64,000 nt of DNA from Eledone cirrhosa (GCA_964016885.1 OZ024742.1:350300001-350364000); one strand, 5' to 3'. Counted from the first letter of the stretch, positions 45,145 to 58,965 are shown. Program-made: numbers and translations. The notes: generated by a model not told the origin, from the sequence alone.

Positions 45145-45619
45145 CTGGAAGAAAGAAATATGAGTGTGTGGAGTAGTGAAAAATTGAAATGCATATATAG
45201 TTTATCTCTTAAAACAACAAGATTCCACCATTGATTAAAATGGTATTACAAACAAAATCACAATAACAGCAGAAACAATAACACCAACAAAAGTTTAAAA
45301 GGAAATGAAACAAACATGAAAGTTAAACATAAAACTGTAAATAAATAAATATTTATTTAAATAAAAAAAGTATTTTTTGGCTCATCTAAAGAGATATATA
45401 TCGTTTAAAGATGAAAGATCTCAGACGCCGTGAACGAGCATAGTATTTTACTGGCACCTATTGCTACTAACACTGACAAGATGATAGTAAATATAGACTA
45501 TGGCATGATTTGCAAACAAGAGACAAAATGTTCTCTAGCATTTAGTTATATCATTTTACTTTTAGAGTCGATAAAATAAACATCAGTCAATAAAGTTTTC
45601 ATCAGAAAATCATGACTAG

Positions 45620-45890
45620 AATTGTATGTTTTCCATCCCATGTAGCTGTGGCAGAAAAATAAAGACCACATATATCCTTCGTCAAATATAAAGCTAGAGG
45701 AACATCAGAGAGCTGCAATCCTCGGTGGAAGAGAAAAAGTTGATATAGCTGATCATGTGATGATTGAAAAAAGGAACTCAGAATCCTCTGGGGAAATATG
45801 TCACAACAATAGATGGGGAACAGTAATCGTTGATTAGACAATTTAAAGAACGAACGTATAAGGCTGACTCTGATCACATCCTCAGTATGA
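45620..45890 (+). pseudogene. Highly degenerate Penelope GIY-YIG endonuclease remnant
   Basis: VFSIPCSCGRK..., KLEEHQRA, IADHV and TTIDGE motifs across frames. Confidence 0.4.
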
Positions 45891-47581
45891 CATAGACACG
45901 AAGATCCCAATGGGGAGTAGAAGTAATTAGGAATGGAGAATAGATTAGAGTAAAGATATTCAAAGACAAAAGCATAGTCAGCACAAACGTTGGCCAAGAG
46001 GTTAAGTGTACTACTCTGTCTGCTGGGCATGATACACACAGTTAATGCATTTATATTAGAGGGTGATGTAGCTTGCAGAAAATAGTGTATTTTATTAGAG
46101 GGATATATCAATGAAAATGTGCCATTAAATGTTTAGAATATGATAACAAAGATGTTGGAATGTTACCTTGGAGATGTTTAATAGTCCTTGTTATTTTGGA
46201 ATAAAATATCTTATAAAACAATATTTTCTCTATTTATATATATTCTAGTTTAAGCGGAATAAGCAAGCGATACGACTATTAACGAATTAATACCAGGATA
46301 CCACATGCAATGAAAACACTAAACGGTTCTAAAAATAGACTGGTTATTCTGGATGAATGATAAAGCTTAAATTAGCGGGAAAATGGTCAGATTTACTTTG
46401 GTGTAAATATAGCACAACGGCCCGGTATTACCTCGTCATATCTATCACTCCGTAAAACAAATACTTGTACAGTTTACTGTTTAGTCAAGTGAATCGAAGG
46501 AGGTGAAATTACAGAGTCTTTAAGAAATCTGATTAAGAATGCCTCAGTGTTTGTTTCGGTCCCTTTCGCTCAGAGTTCAAATCCAACCAGAGATAACTTT
46601 GCTTCTTTTCATTTCGATATCGATACATGCACGATGAGTCAACTACTGAGATCGATTCTTCCTCTATTACTTTCTATCTTTGGAAGACATTGATTCTTCT
46701 GAGCTGAAAAGAAATGGACTCTGGCTGCTTTAAAATTTCCCATGACGTATCATGCACCAGGAAGGCGCCCCTATGACTCCATCAGGACTTAAGAGCCCGT
46801 TACTTTCCAAGACATTACACCTTAGCAATCAATTGGTATTTTCGTATGAACTCCAGGTGAATAAAACTCAAAATCGATTAGAATTCAAAACATAATAACA
46901 TAAGTAAGGAAATGCCACAAGACATTCAGTCTTTTATTCACATGTCTCTCCTTCTACAGCTCAATATGACTGACACTACCCTGTAGATTACGAGTAATTA
47001 TTCTTCCAGCCATCCCAAGGAGGGTTCAATGTAAATATGATCAAGGTACCTATCTGAGAATCAATTCAGTCGTAATCAAATAGAGAAACAGATTTTGTCA
47101 AGTACTTTTTTTTATTCTGACAATCACTCACATTTACCAATAAAAAATATATTTTTTATAAACATAAACAAGTCTGTCACTACCATATTCATTAGGTTTG
47201 TGTTTTAATATTTACCCTTTCAGATTCAAACTAATTGTTTGGAAAAATATGTAATGTTGGTCTAGGAAAAACTAAACATCGTTATCTGTCTTAAGCTAAA
47301 ACTCTGTAGTTTTACTTGCTTATACAGTATTTGATTTCCTTTCATGTACGATAATGGACATTAAACGAGTCTCGATATAATACTGGCCTAGCAATAAATC
47401 TGAATCAAATGAATGGTTGAACATTAGTTTAAATTCCTCAAAGTATTTAGATATTTAATTTGTAATGTCGTAGTTGGAAGAGAAAGGGCAGTGCCCATGA
47501 TCATTTTCAGGAGTTCTATGACTGTTGAGTGGAAGGGAGAAATTATGGTTTGAGCGCTGAAAAACTGGCTCGATTAGTTGC

Positions 47582-47888
47582 ACCAGAGTGTAATCCGCTA
47601 CAACTAGACAAGGCTCAAGTGTTGGTATTAAAATCGGAGTGTAATCCGCTACAAGAAGACAAGGCTCAAGTGTTGGTATTAAAACCGAAGTGTAATCCAC
47701 TACAAGTAGACAAGGCTCAAGTATTGGTTTTAAAACCGGAGTGTAATCCGCTACAAGAAGACAAGGCTCAAGTGTTGGTATTAAAACCGGAGTGTAATCC
47801 GCTACAAGAAGATGAGGCTGAAGTGTTGGTATTAAAACCGAAGTGTAATCCACTACAAGTAGACAATGCTCAAGTGTTGGTATTAAAA
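47582..47888. repeat. 51-bp minisatellite, 6 units
   Basis: Unit CCGGAGTGTAATCCGCTACAAGAAGACAAGGCTCAAGTGTTGGTATTAAAA. Confidence 0.95.
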
Positions 47889-48424
47889 CTCGCGACTGAG
47901 TACGTCATAAACAGTACACACAAACAGGAATGATAAATATGCCTGTCTCATCTCTGAGTTTAAATCTGACAAGTTTAGACATATGTGTTATATTTTGCAG
48001 CTGAGTTAGAGATATTGTCACCATATCATGAAATACTCAAGATTCAGTCAAGTATACTCATTTTCAATTTTTTTAATTCATACCCTTTTATCAAGTATTC
48101 ATATTAGATTTTCTTAAATGTCACGAGTTTAAAATCAATATATGAGAAAGACATTTGCGAAGTTGACACTGTTACGAAAGATATAATTGAGACCAACAGT
48201 AAAACAGAAACAGAAAACAACTTAGTATAAAACACTCATCAAAACAAATAAACATATTAGTATAATCGCTAGAGTAAGATAGTAGATACGGTAGAGGTAA
48301 TGGTGGTGGTGGGGACTAAAGTTATTGTACTGTTCCTTTTATCCCTCGTAAAGTCCTCCATTTTAACTGCTTAATGTTTATAACAAACTACAATTGTCTA
48401 AATTTCATATTCTAAGGTTGCTAA

Positions 48425-48660
48425 CCAACTGGCAGGAGACCCAAGGGTAGATTCCGCGCAAGATGGCTGGATAACATCCATGAGCTTGGCTGGTCTCTCT
48501 TGCATCAGTTGGAGACGGTTGCTATGAGAGGACCCGATGGAAGGAGTGTTTGAGGACTCTGTCCCCCACAAAGTTCTTGGGAAGAAGGAGACGACGACGA
48601 CGAAGAAGAAGAAGAAGAAGAAGAAGAAGAAGAAGAAGAAGAAGAAGAAGAAGAAGAAGA
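48425..48660 (+). mobile_element. RTE-like LINE 3' fragment with (GAA)n tail
   Basis: RRPKGRFRARWLDNI...LETVA-like peptide; TSD AAGGTTGCTAA at 48414-48424 and 51395-51405. Confidence 0.6.
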
Positions 48661-48661
48661 A

Positions 48662-48871
48662 AGGAGGATTACAAAAGATAGTACTAATGGGAACTGCCCA
48701 TATACTAAGGAAGATTCTGTCAATATAAGTACATCACAAGTCTAAACACTAAAGATGCATGTGTGAATATGTATGTTCTTTCTTGAACATGGCGGACCTT
48801 GTTGTCTCTTGAGGTCACTGGTTGTGACTTGGTGATAACTCGTATGAACATAAAGCAAGATAAATGCAACT

Positions 48872-48872
<1 letters not shown>
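48662..48872 (+). mobile_element. R4/Dong-type LINE extreme 3' fragment
   Basis: LQKIVLMGTAHILRKILSI* plus 3' UTR, followed by (TAA)n. Confidence 0.75.
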
Positions 48873-48938
<66 letters not shown>

Positions 48939-50630
48939 TAGTTGACATCAACTGGAGAATCCTTGGGAAGCGTGAAGATCAAGAGAGGTATCTTCCAGGG
49001 AGATAGCCTGTCCCCTCTGTTGTCTGTCCTTGCCCTGATGCCCCTGACCAGTGTACTGCGAAAAGTGAGAGCAGGATACAGGTTGGGAAAGGGAGGGCTT
49101 ACCATCAATCACCTCCTCTTCATTGACGATCTTAAGCTCTTCGGGAAGAGTGAGAAGGAGTTGGATGTGCTTGTTGACACTGTCCGTATTTTCAGCAATG
49201 ATATATGTAAGCAATTTGGTATTAGTAAGTGTGGAGTCATTGTGATGAGGAGGGGTAAGTTGAGCAGAAGTAACGGAATCCAGATACCAACAGGTGAGAT
49301 GATAAAGGAAATTGACTCTGAGGAAGGATACAAGTATTTGGGCGTTCTGGAGGCTGATGACATCAAGAACAAAAAAATGAAGGAATTGAAAAGAACTGAA
49401 TACATTCGGAGAGTAAGGAGCGTATTAAAGTCACATCTGAACAGTAGGAATGCCATAAGTGCAGTAAATTCCCGAGCTGTGTCTATTATTAGGTACAGTG
49501 CGGGAATTCTGAGATGGAATGTTGCTGAACAAAAAGAAATGTATAGGAAGACTAGGAAGCTATTGACTATCTACAACATGTTCCACAAGAGGAGTGATGT
49601 CGATAGACTCTACTTAAGGAGATCTGAGGGTGGAAGAGGTCTTATCAGCATAGCAGACTGTGTTCAGATGGAGAAAAACAACCTACACAAATACGTGACT
49701 GATAGTAAGGAGCCAATGCTCAGAACTGTACTGAAGGAGGGGACAATAGGCCAGGGGATGTCCAAGGAGGAAATAACATCAAGGAGAAAGAGCAGCCTTC
49801 AGGAAAAATCCCTTCATAGTACCTTATTTGAGAGAACTGAATTTAGAGATCCACAGACATGGAACTGGTTGAAAAGAGGAGACCTTAAAAAGGCTACATA
49901 AGGAATGTTAATGGCTGCGCAGGAGCAGGCCCTCAAAACGAAGTGGTTGAAACACCACATTTACAAGGAGGAGGCTAGCCCACTGTGCAGGATCTGTGGA
50001 GAGAGAGAGGAGACTGTGGCTCACATTGTATCCGAGTGTAAACACCTAGCCCAGACTCACTATAAGGGCTGGAGATATGATATGATGGGCAGGGTAATCC
50101 ACTGTCACCTATGCAAAGTAAACAATTTATCACATTCTGAGAAGTGGTATGAGCATAAGCCAGAGGCGGTGATAGAAAACGATCTGGTGAAGGTGCTGTG
50201 GGATTTTAGGATACAGACGGACAAGAAACTGGAACACAATAGACCTGACCTGGTGGTTCTGGACAAAGAAAAGAGATTGTGCTTGATTGTGGATGTGGCC
50301 TGCCCATTAGACACGAGAGTGCAAGAGAAGGAGAGGGAGAAAATTAACCGATACCAGGACTTAAAATGGGAGGTAAAAAGGATTTGGAACTGCCATGAAG
50401 TCAAATGATCCCGATTGTCATAGGCGCACTAGGGACTATCTCAAAAAGTTTCCAGGGACGGTTAAAGAAAATTGGCCCCTTACGCTTTTTGGAACGCTTC
50501 AAAAGGTATGCTTGCTGGGAACAGCAAGAACCCTCCGATACGTCCTGAATATCTGAGGCTGCAGGTAGTGGCTTGATATTCATTTCAACAAACTTTCCAG
50601 TTAATTAACATCAATGACTGAGACTCAAAG
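48939..50630 (+). mobile_element. 5'-truncated R4/Dong-clade non-LTR retrotransposon (RT, CCHC, RLE)
   Basis: RGIFQGDSLSPL, HLLFIDDLKL, YKYLG, GGRGL, CRIC...ETVAHIVSEC, RPDLVV and DVACP; stop at 49899-49901 and frameshift near 50404; (TAA)n on both sides. Confidence 0.92.
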
Positions 50631-50639
50631 AATAATAAA

Positions 50640-50701
<62 letters not shown>

Positions 50702-50720
50702 TAATAATAATAATAATAAT

Positions 50721-51260
50721 GGTATGAGCACCACATTCTGAGAAATGGTATGAGCACCACATTCTGAGAAATGGTATGAGCATAGGCCAGAGGCGGTGAT
50801 GGAGAACAATCAGGTGAAGGTGCTGTGGGATTTTAGGATACAGACGGACAAAAAACTGGAACACAATAGACCTGACCTGGTGGTTGTGGACAAAGAAACA
50901 AGATCGTGTCTGATTGTGGATGTGGCCTGCCCGTTCGACACGAGAGTGCAAGAGAAGGAGAAGGAGAAAATTAACCGATACCAGGACCTAAAGTGGGAGG
51001 TGAAAAGGATTTGGAACTGCCATGAAGTCAAAGTGATCCCGATTGTCATAGGCGCACTGGGGACTATCTCCAAAAGTTTCCAGGGAGGGTTAAAGAAAAT
51101 CGGCCCCTTCACGCTTTTTGGAACGCTTCAAAAGGCATGCTTGCTTGGAACAGCAAGAACCCTCCGATACGTCCTGAATATCTGAGGCTGCAGGTAGTGG
51201 CTTGATATTCAATCCAACGGACTTTCCAGTTAACCAACATCAATGACTGAGATTCAAGGA
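50721..51260 (+). mobile_element. Second, shorter copy of the same R4/Dong element
   Basis: Intact RLE C-terminus (50796-51185); 3' UTR nearly identical to 50557-50630; (TAA)n flanks. Confidence 0.92.
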
Positions 51261-51268
51261 ATAACAAC

Positions 51269-51394
<126 letters not shown>

Positions 51395-51732
51395 AAGGTT
51401 GCTAAAATATATAAAAGGTGGTACAATTTAAACGGTGATAAAACAATTAGATGCTGCACAAGTTGATATTTGGAGGTTGATACAATATAAACTATGCAGG
51501 AAATTCATAATGTCATGTTGATAAAATAAAGAAATTCAATCATCTTATGCTGATCAAATAAATAGAAGTGGGGCAACTTTGATAATCTAATAGGATAAAA
51601 TAAATGCAAGTGTATAAATTTGACAGTATACAAGACTGCTAAAAAACATAAATAAATACAAGTTGGTTAATTTGAGAATCTAAGGTTGATTAAATATATA
51701 TAAATAGGTCAAAATTGAGGAGATGCAACTGA

Positions 51733-52055
51733 CAATATAACACTCTTTCCCGCAATATTACACTCTTTCCCGCAATATTACACTCTTTCCCACAATATTA
51801 CACTCTTTCCCGCAATATTACACACTTTCCCTCAATATTATACTCTTTCCCGTAATATTACACACTTTTCCACAATATTACACACTTTCCCTCAATATTA
51901 TACTCTTTCCCGCAATATTACACACTTTTCCACAATATTACACACTTTTCCAAAATATTACACACTTTCCCTCAATATTATACTCTTTCCCGCAATATTA
52001 CACACTTTTCCACAATATTACACACTTTCCCTCAATATTACACTATTTCCCGCAA
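51733..52055. repeat. 20-bp minisatellite, ~16 units
   Basis: Variants of unit CAATATTACACTCTTTCCCG. Confidence 0.95.
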
Positions 52056-53007
52056 AATGTCGTCGTTATACTTGTGTTAAAATATATTTTATCTCAGGTA
52101 ACTGAGTAAAGTTTTCTTGTCAATGATATTTGAGAATTGCTCAATAGGTATTCATCTAAACAAACTACCCCCGGTCTAATCTAATCTCCGACCCCTGCTT
52201 ATTAATTTTCCAAATTTTTCCCACCTGCTTGCTTTCATCCTAACCTCCACCCCCTCCTATCAAATTTTTGTTAATCTGTCTCAGGCGAAATTATATTCTA
52301 AGTGATAGCATTTCTGTGTCAATTAATTTTCTTTAGATATTAAAATACATTATACATGACAAAAAAGTACATTACAAGAAATCTCATACGTTAAATAACA
52401 TGGGTTAGTGTCTCATTATGTAAACTAAACAATTAATTCTGGTTTTTAATAAATCAACGGAGACAATCTAGAAATATTACCAACGTTCCACCCCCCACCC
52501 CCCGTTTATTTTATGAGAGTAAGCTTCATTTCTGAGTTAATATAGTTTTAATATAGTTTTATTATTGAGAATACGAAGAAGCAAATATAAATGGAATGAG
52601 GAGATCGTTGAAATATGTCTACAGTAATAGACACTTAGGACAATTATGTATTTCGTCAGTGAAGAATGGAGTAAGCTGGTTTGTGTTCTTATTAATAACT
52701 GCATTGTTCCTTTCGAGGGATTATATTGAAAAAAACCCACCTTATTTGGTCATTCTATCAACTGTTCAGCCTACCCTCGTATAAGCATAGTTGTTTTAGC
52801 TCCGAACATCTTGACTGTTACTCCTACATACGACATTTATGAATACATTACGATATGGTTTCTCTATTCCTGGCGGTATACTAATATAACAACATAATAG
52901 AGGCAACATGGCGGCATTGCATATTTGCAACATTATTAACCATTGTTTCTGTCATAAGTTAGAGAGGCAAGATGGCGGCATTGGATATTTACAACATTAT
53001 TAACCAA

Positions 53008-53197
53008 GGGCGGTGGATTGGCAGAATCGGTACAGGATCTAACGCCATGCTTTGACGCAGAGAGTGACGGCCCTTGCCATTCTGAGTTTAAATCCCACCG
53101 AGGTTAACTTTGCCTTTCATCCTTACGGGATCGATAAAATAAAGTACCACTAATGCACTGGGTAATTGCTGGCCTTGTGCCAAAAGTAGAAACAATT
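53008..53197 (+). mobile_element. Full-length SINE with near-perfect TSD
   Basis: ATTATTAACCA before and ATTAGTAACCA after; sits in a ~64-bp local duplication. Confidence 0.9.
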
Positions 53198-53640
53198 AGT
53201 AACCATTGTGAAAAGGTTTGGGATTATTTCATGTTTTCCTCGTTGATCATATAATATTCAACGAATCAAGAATAAATCGATATTCACATTCTGTTCGTTT
53301 CAAATAGCAAGACTTTATAACGATAAACATCGATCTTAAGTTACACTATCAATATTTTCCTAATGAAGGGGTCATTTCGTAGTCCCATGAAATGTTACAC
53401 TAAACATGCGTTATAGGCTTACATATACAAAGAACATATATAACTAATGTCGAATTAAATTTAGCCAGAGATGGTCATGTGGGGAACGACGTTCATCATG
53501 CTTCACCACAGACAACTTGGATATATACCCCAATAACAAATAAACAAATTAAACATTCAGGTTTTAATGGAATCATTAGGGGACAAGGTTATTCACAACT
53601 GCAATAAGTTGAATGTATACATGTATTTCTGTATATCCTC

Positions 53641-53813
<173 letters not shown>

Positions 53814-53820
53814 TATATAA

Positions 53821-54060
53821 TATAGTGATAATAATAAATGTGAAGACTAAAATCCAAAGAGGGCTCGATAAGGATAAATATATATCAAATATATTAAAAC
53901 AATAGAGCAAATATTTATCAAAATAACAGATTAAAGTTTAAGCAAAGAAACGCTGCTTTCACCCTTAACGGGATCTTCTGAAAGTCTCTGAAAGTTTCGG
54001 AAGATCCTGCCAAGAGTGAAAGCAGCGATTCTTTGCTTAAACTTTAATCTGTTATTTTAA
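53821..54060. mobile_element. Family B fold-back element
   Basis: Arms ~53920-53983 and 53995-54058; the left arm carries the tail shared with 35083 and 60900; (TA)n flanks. Confidence 0.85.
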
Positions 54061-54206
54061 TATATATATATATTGTTTAGCTCTAGTTTTTTAACTATTG
54101 AGCGCTTGCCACCATCTCTACGATTTTGCGTTTCGTTTCGCTTTTTCTACCAGCCGAAATACGATTCTCGCTGAATTATATTTATATATATATATATACA
54201 TATATA

Positions 54207-54402
54207 TAACGAAGGAAGTGTGGTAAGGAACCAGGTGGACCATAACGCACCATAGTACTCGATACTTCGGGTAGTAGAGTGGGTAATAGGAAAAGAGTCA
54301 AAACCCCGACGGCAAAGCTCAAGCCGTTTCGACGGCTATTTCTGAGTCCAGAAATAATTGTCGAAACGGCTTGAGCTCTGTCGTCGAGGTTTTGACTCTT
54401 TT

Positions 54403-54407
<5 letters not shown>
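54207..54407. mobile_element. Family C fold-back element
   Basis: Palindrome 54286-54407 centred on TTTCTG-agtc-CAGAAA; contains GAAA-CGGC..G[T/C]CG-TC half-ribozyme. Confidence 0.8.
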
Positions 54408-54497
<90 letters not shown>

Positions 54498-54711
54498 GTG
54501 AGGTTTTTTTTTACAAATTGAAAAATAACCGAGGTGTCCTACACGTGTGAAAGTATAAAGAAAAAGAGATGAAATCGAAAATGCAACTGGAGTCTTATTT
54601 AAAAAAAATATATATATATTTATTTGGTTCCTTTACCGGTTTCGCAGTTCTTCTGCTTTTCAAAAGTAGTGTTGAGATGGAGGGTCTGTGGTTTTTCTCA
54701 CATCTATATAT

Positions 54712-55368
54712 ATAACGAATGGAATGTGGTAAGGAACCAGGTGGACCATAACGCACCAAAGTACTCAATACTTGGGGTAGTAGAGTGGGTAATAGGAACG
54801 AGTAGGACCCCGACGGCTGAGCTCAAGCCGTTTCGACGGCTAATTCTGGACTAAATGAACATTTTTATTTTGGTATATGAATAGTCGAGCTTCCCAGAGG
54901 GTAATTCCATATAAGGTAAAAGTGATTGTCACAAGGATTGGTCAAAAGTTTGTTGTTGAGACACATATTTGTTTTTTTTTTAACATTCTCGGTATTCTTC
55001 TATATATTTACCCCATATTGTTTTACTTATTGTTTCGACTTCCTCCCCCTCCCTAGTACACTTGCTTGATATCCTGCCCTGCTGTAGTTTGCATTATCAA
55101 CGCATGACTGGGTTTCCTCCAGCCCCCTCTCCCTCTTTCTTCTACTGGCAGGTTCAGCTACCCCTTCCTTCCACAAATTGCCATGATAGAATTATGTGTC
55201 TCAACAACAAACTTTTGACCAATCCTTGTGACAATCACTTTTACCATATATGGAATTACCCCCTAAGAAGCTCGGCTATTCATATACCAAAATATAAATT
55301 TTCATTTAGTCCAGAATTACCCGACGAAACCGCGTGAGCTCAGCCGTCGGGGTCCTACTCGTTCCTAT
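54712..55368. mobile_element. Family C element with ~176-bp inverted arms
   Basis: 54792-54967 is inverted relative to 55193-55368, with a ~225-bp spacer. Confidence 0.8.
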
Positions 55369-55391
55369 ATATATATATATATATATATATA

Positions 55392-57384
55392 CCAGCAGAT
55401 TTACCCGGCGTTGCTCCGGGTTTGAAATTATGCCAAGAATATACAGCTTGGAAGTAAAAGAAGAACATTATTTGTCCCCAACCTGTCAAAATAAGCAGAA
55501 GTCTTCAATAAATAATGCAAACGAATATTTAGTGCAATCTTTGTACACATAAAACTATGCTGATAATGAAGGAAAACACTGAACAGGATGTAGTTATACA
55601 AATGATTAAAGACAATACACGTTGCAAATCTGTAATAAAACACACAGTTTTGCTAAAGTACAAAAAGTTGTAATGAAAGCAGAGTTGTATACAAACAACA
55701 AAACAATGAGAGTAGAATAAGAGAAAATCTATTCTTTGAGAGCATCCTTTGCTGTGTATGGTTAAATTTTTAACTTATAATCCAAAATATCCTGCATGAC
55801 ATATTCATTTGTATGTTTTGTAATGAGTAAGGTGAAGTCAAGGCAGAGCTGTAATAAGTTTTTTTGTTAACACTAAAGCATTTCAGGATAGACGATATTC
55901 TTTGTTTTTCTTTTCGGAACAAACGCAAAGAGATTATCTCGACTGCCAACTTTTGCACCAAAAGAGGTCATTTGAAACGCAATGTTGTACTGTCGGATAT
56001 GTTTCAGAAAATCACGTGATTGTGAATGCTTACCTTTTAGAAGCATCTGGAGAGGTTGCGGTGGTTCCCTAAGGGTGGGCAAATTAACTTACCGTTGGAG
56101 CAGCACATTCCAGCTGATTCTCCCTCCCCCACTTTTAAGCTTTACAATGTTGGCAAGTATTTGACATGGCATATATTTGAATATCAGGATGGATTTGATA
56201 GTTTACATTAGGGTCATAATTAACTGCCTTAAGGTACCATCGTGAGCGTGATGCCTTTGAAATACCCCGCGATAATGCTCTACGTTGAGCGTTACCCTCC
56301 AGCCGAATAGATCGACTTGTTACAGTCTCTACAGCTCGTGCCGTAGCAGTAGCTGAAGCATTTCTCAAATGCCGACTTTGACGTTCTTGCTCAGTCTCAA
56401 TTGCTCTTGCTGCAACATTAGCTGAAGCATTACACGTACGGTGTCTTTCATATTTTTGTACTGTCTCTGCAGATCTTGCTGCAGCAGTATCTGTAGCATG
56501 CATAGCAAGGCGTGTTTCACGTTGCTCTGTAGTCTCTGCAGCTCGTCGTGCAGCAGTTGCTTTAGCATTATTGGTTCGCCGCACTAACCGACGCTCATCG
56601 GCGGACAAAGATGTTGCAATAACTGTACTCAACGCATTTAGTGATTGTCTATTTTCGGTTATCGGGGTAGCGTCATTTACACGCATTGTTTTCTTCGACC
56701 GATAGCCAATATGTACATACTTTCTTTTACGGGGCATATTTGGTGAAAAGTTGTAAAGTCAAAATGTATGAATTGAAGCATTACAGTTAACTTTGAAAGT
56801 GCAACAAATTTTTGTTTGTATCAACTTTGCTAGGCTTATGAAAATTTAAAAAATGTAAAAGTTGTAGGTCCCAAAAGTTTGAATGGAAAGTCCCATAACG
56901 ATTGTTCTAAAAATAAACAAACCATCATCAAAATCTCGTCAATTCGAGACTGCTGCGAGATTATGCCCTTAACGCGAAAATTAACACTTAATATAGTGAA
57001 ACAAGTTGAAACAACAAGTGGTTTTTTTTACTTTGAAAGTGCAACAAAGAATAAACAAGAAACAAACGATAATATTAATGATTTATCTTCAAATGAATGT
57101 GATGTTCATATTTCTGAAAAGTTGGTTATCTCCCTTTTTTTTATAAGGATTGTCAATAAAGTTTGTTATCTCCCTTACATCAATTCTTCTACCGATAATT
57201 TTGATATCGATTTTTTATTACTCAACGTAGGTCGATTTGAAAAAGGTTTGTGATGTGACAATCTTAGCGACCTGTGCAACGTGCACAGAAAATTTTGTCA
57301 AATTCAGTTGGTAATTGTGAAAGCCTTAAGCATGCAAAATTGTACACAGACACACACACATCCTCGCTTTTATATATATAAAGA
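55392..57384 (-). mobile_element. ~2-kb internally deleted Helitron with both termini
   Basis: Minus strand A|TCTTTATATATATAAAA start, CCCGGAGCAACGCCGGG hairpin, CTGG|T end; inserted in (TA)n. Confidence 0.92.
55950..56737 (-). pseudogene. Helitron RepHel N-terminus
   Basis: MPRKRK start, ET.EQR..RL helical repeats, CQHCKA, CCSNG-like zinc motif and FLKHIRQYNIAFQMTSFG; interrupted by stops. Confidence 0.85.
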
Positions 57385-57519
57385 TATATATATATATATG
57401 TGTGTGTATATAAGCAAGAAAACCGCTTGGCACCATGGTCGGGATTTTACATATCTATCTCTATATATATGATGTGCGTATGTATAAGTATATGCCTATA
57501 TATATGTATACATATGTAA

Positions 57520-57600
<81 letters not shown>

Positions 57601-57747
57601 TCGTTGGAAAACAAGTCAGATCAGGTGAATGTGTCTTGCTTACACAGATCCTTTTCTGGCTTGGTTTCTACAGTTGGATAACCTTCGTAACGGCGACCAC
57701 ATTTAAAGTGTGTACTGCGTGCTTTTTTGTCGTGAGACCCACATGAA

Positions 57748-58170
57748 CACTTTACAGTGCGGACTGGGCACATTTTGTCGAGTCACCAACACGATAACTT
57801 TACAGTGTGGACTGGGCACATTTCGTCGATTCACCAAAACGACCACTTTACCTTGTGGACTGGGCACATTTCGTCGATTCACCAAAACGACCACTTTACC
57901 TTGTGGACTGGGCACATTTCGTCGATTCACCAAAACGACCACTTTACCTTGTGGACTAGGCACATTTCGTCGATTCACCAAAACGACCACTTTACCTTGT
58001 GGACTGGGCACATTTCGTCGATTCACCAAAACGACCACTTTACCTTGTGGACTGGGCACATTTCGTCGATTCACCAAAACGACCACTTTACAGTGTGGAC
58101 TGGGCACATTTCGTCGAGTCACCAACATGACCACTTAACAGTGTGGACAGGGCACATCCTGTCGCGACAC
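57748..58170. repeat. 48-bp minisatellite (~9 units) attached to an interspersed repeat
   Basis: Unit CCACTTTACCTTGTGGACTGGGCACATTTCGTCGATTCACCAAAACGA; a degenerate precursor lies at 57697-57745. Confidence 0.92.
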
Positions 58171-58924
58171 ACTACCTACAGTATATACAAGGATATATAC
58201 ACAATATAATATATGTATATCCTTATTTTCTAATATTATATAAACAATTGATTATGCGCATATATATTTATGTATGTCTCTCTATCTCTCTCTGAATAAA
58301 TATATACGTATATATATATATATATAGAGCATACATATACAATAAGATATATTGCATCATATGTCATAGTACGTTATTTGGAAGCCTTTTAGTGCGAATT
58401 GAAAACTATATATGTTTGTTTAGTTTCGTATAACTGATACTAATGAAATCTGAAAGTTGTAATCATTATAGTGCGATTCCTCTCGATGTTTCCTGATTAA
58501 TATCTATTACGGAGAATTGATTTATTCACGCCTTCTCATAATAAGCAGTTAGCTAACAGCAGCTAGTTTGGGAAGATTTATTATGCCAGTGCAAAAATCC
58601 TCAAACATACACATGAAATTATATAATTGCATACACAGTAATATAGACACATATGATATAATATATATATGTCCTTATTTTCTATCTATATAAATAAATT
58701 ATTATGCGCGCGCCCACACACAGACACGCACACATATATATATGTATGTGTGTGTGTCTGTGTGTGTGTATATATATATATATATATGTATATGTTTTAT
58801 ATATATACACATATATATATATGTATATATTATATAATATAAATATATATATGTATATATTATATATATTTATATATATATATATATTATATATATATAT
58901 GTGTGTGTGTGTGTGCGTAAGTAT

Positions 58925-58965
<41 letters not shown>

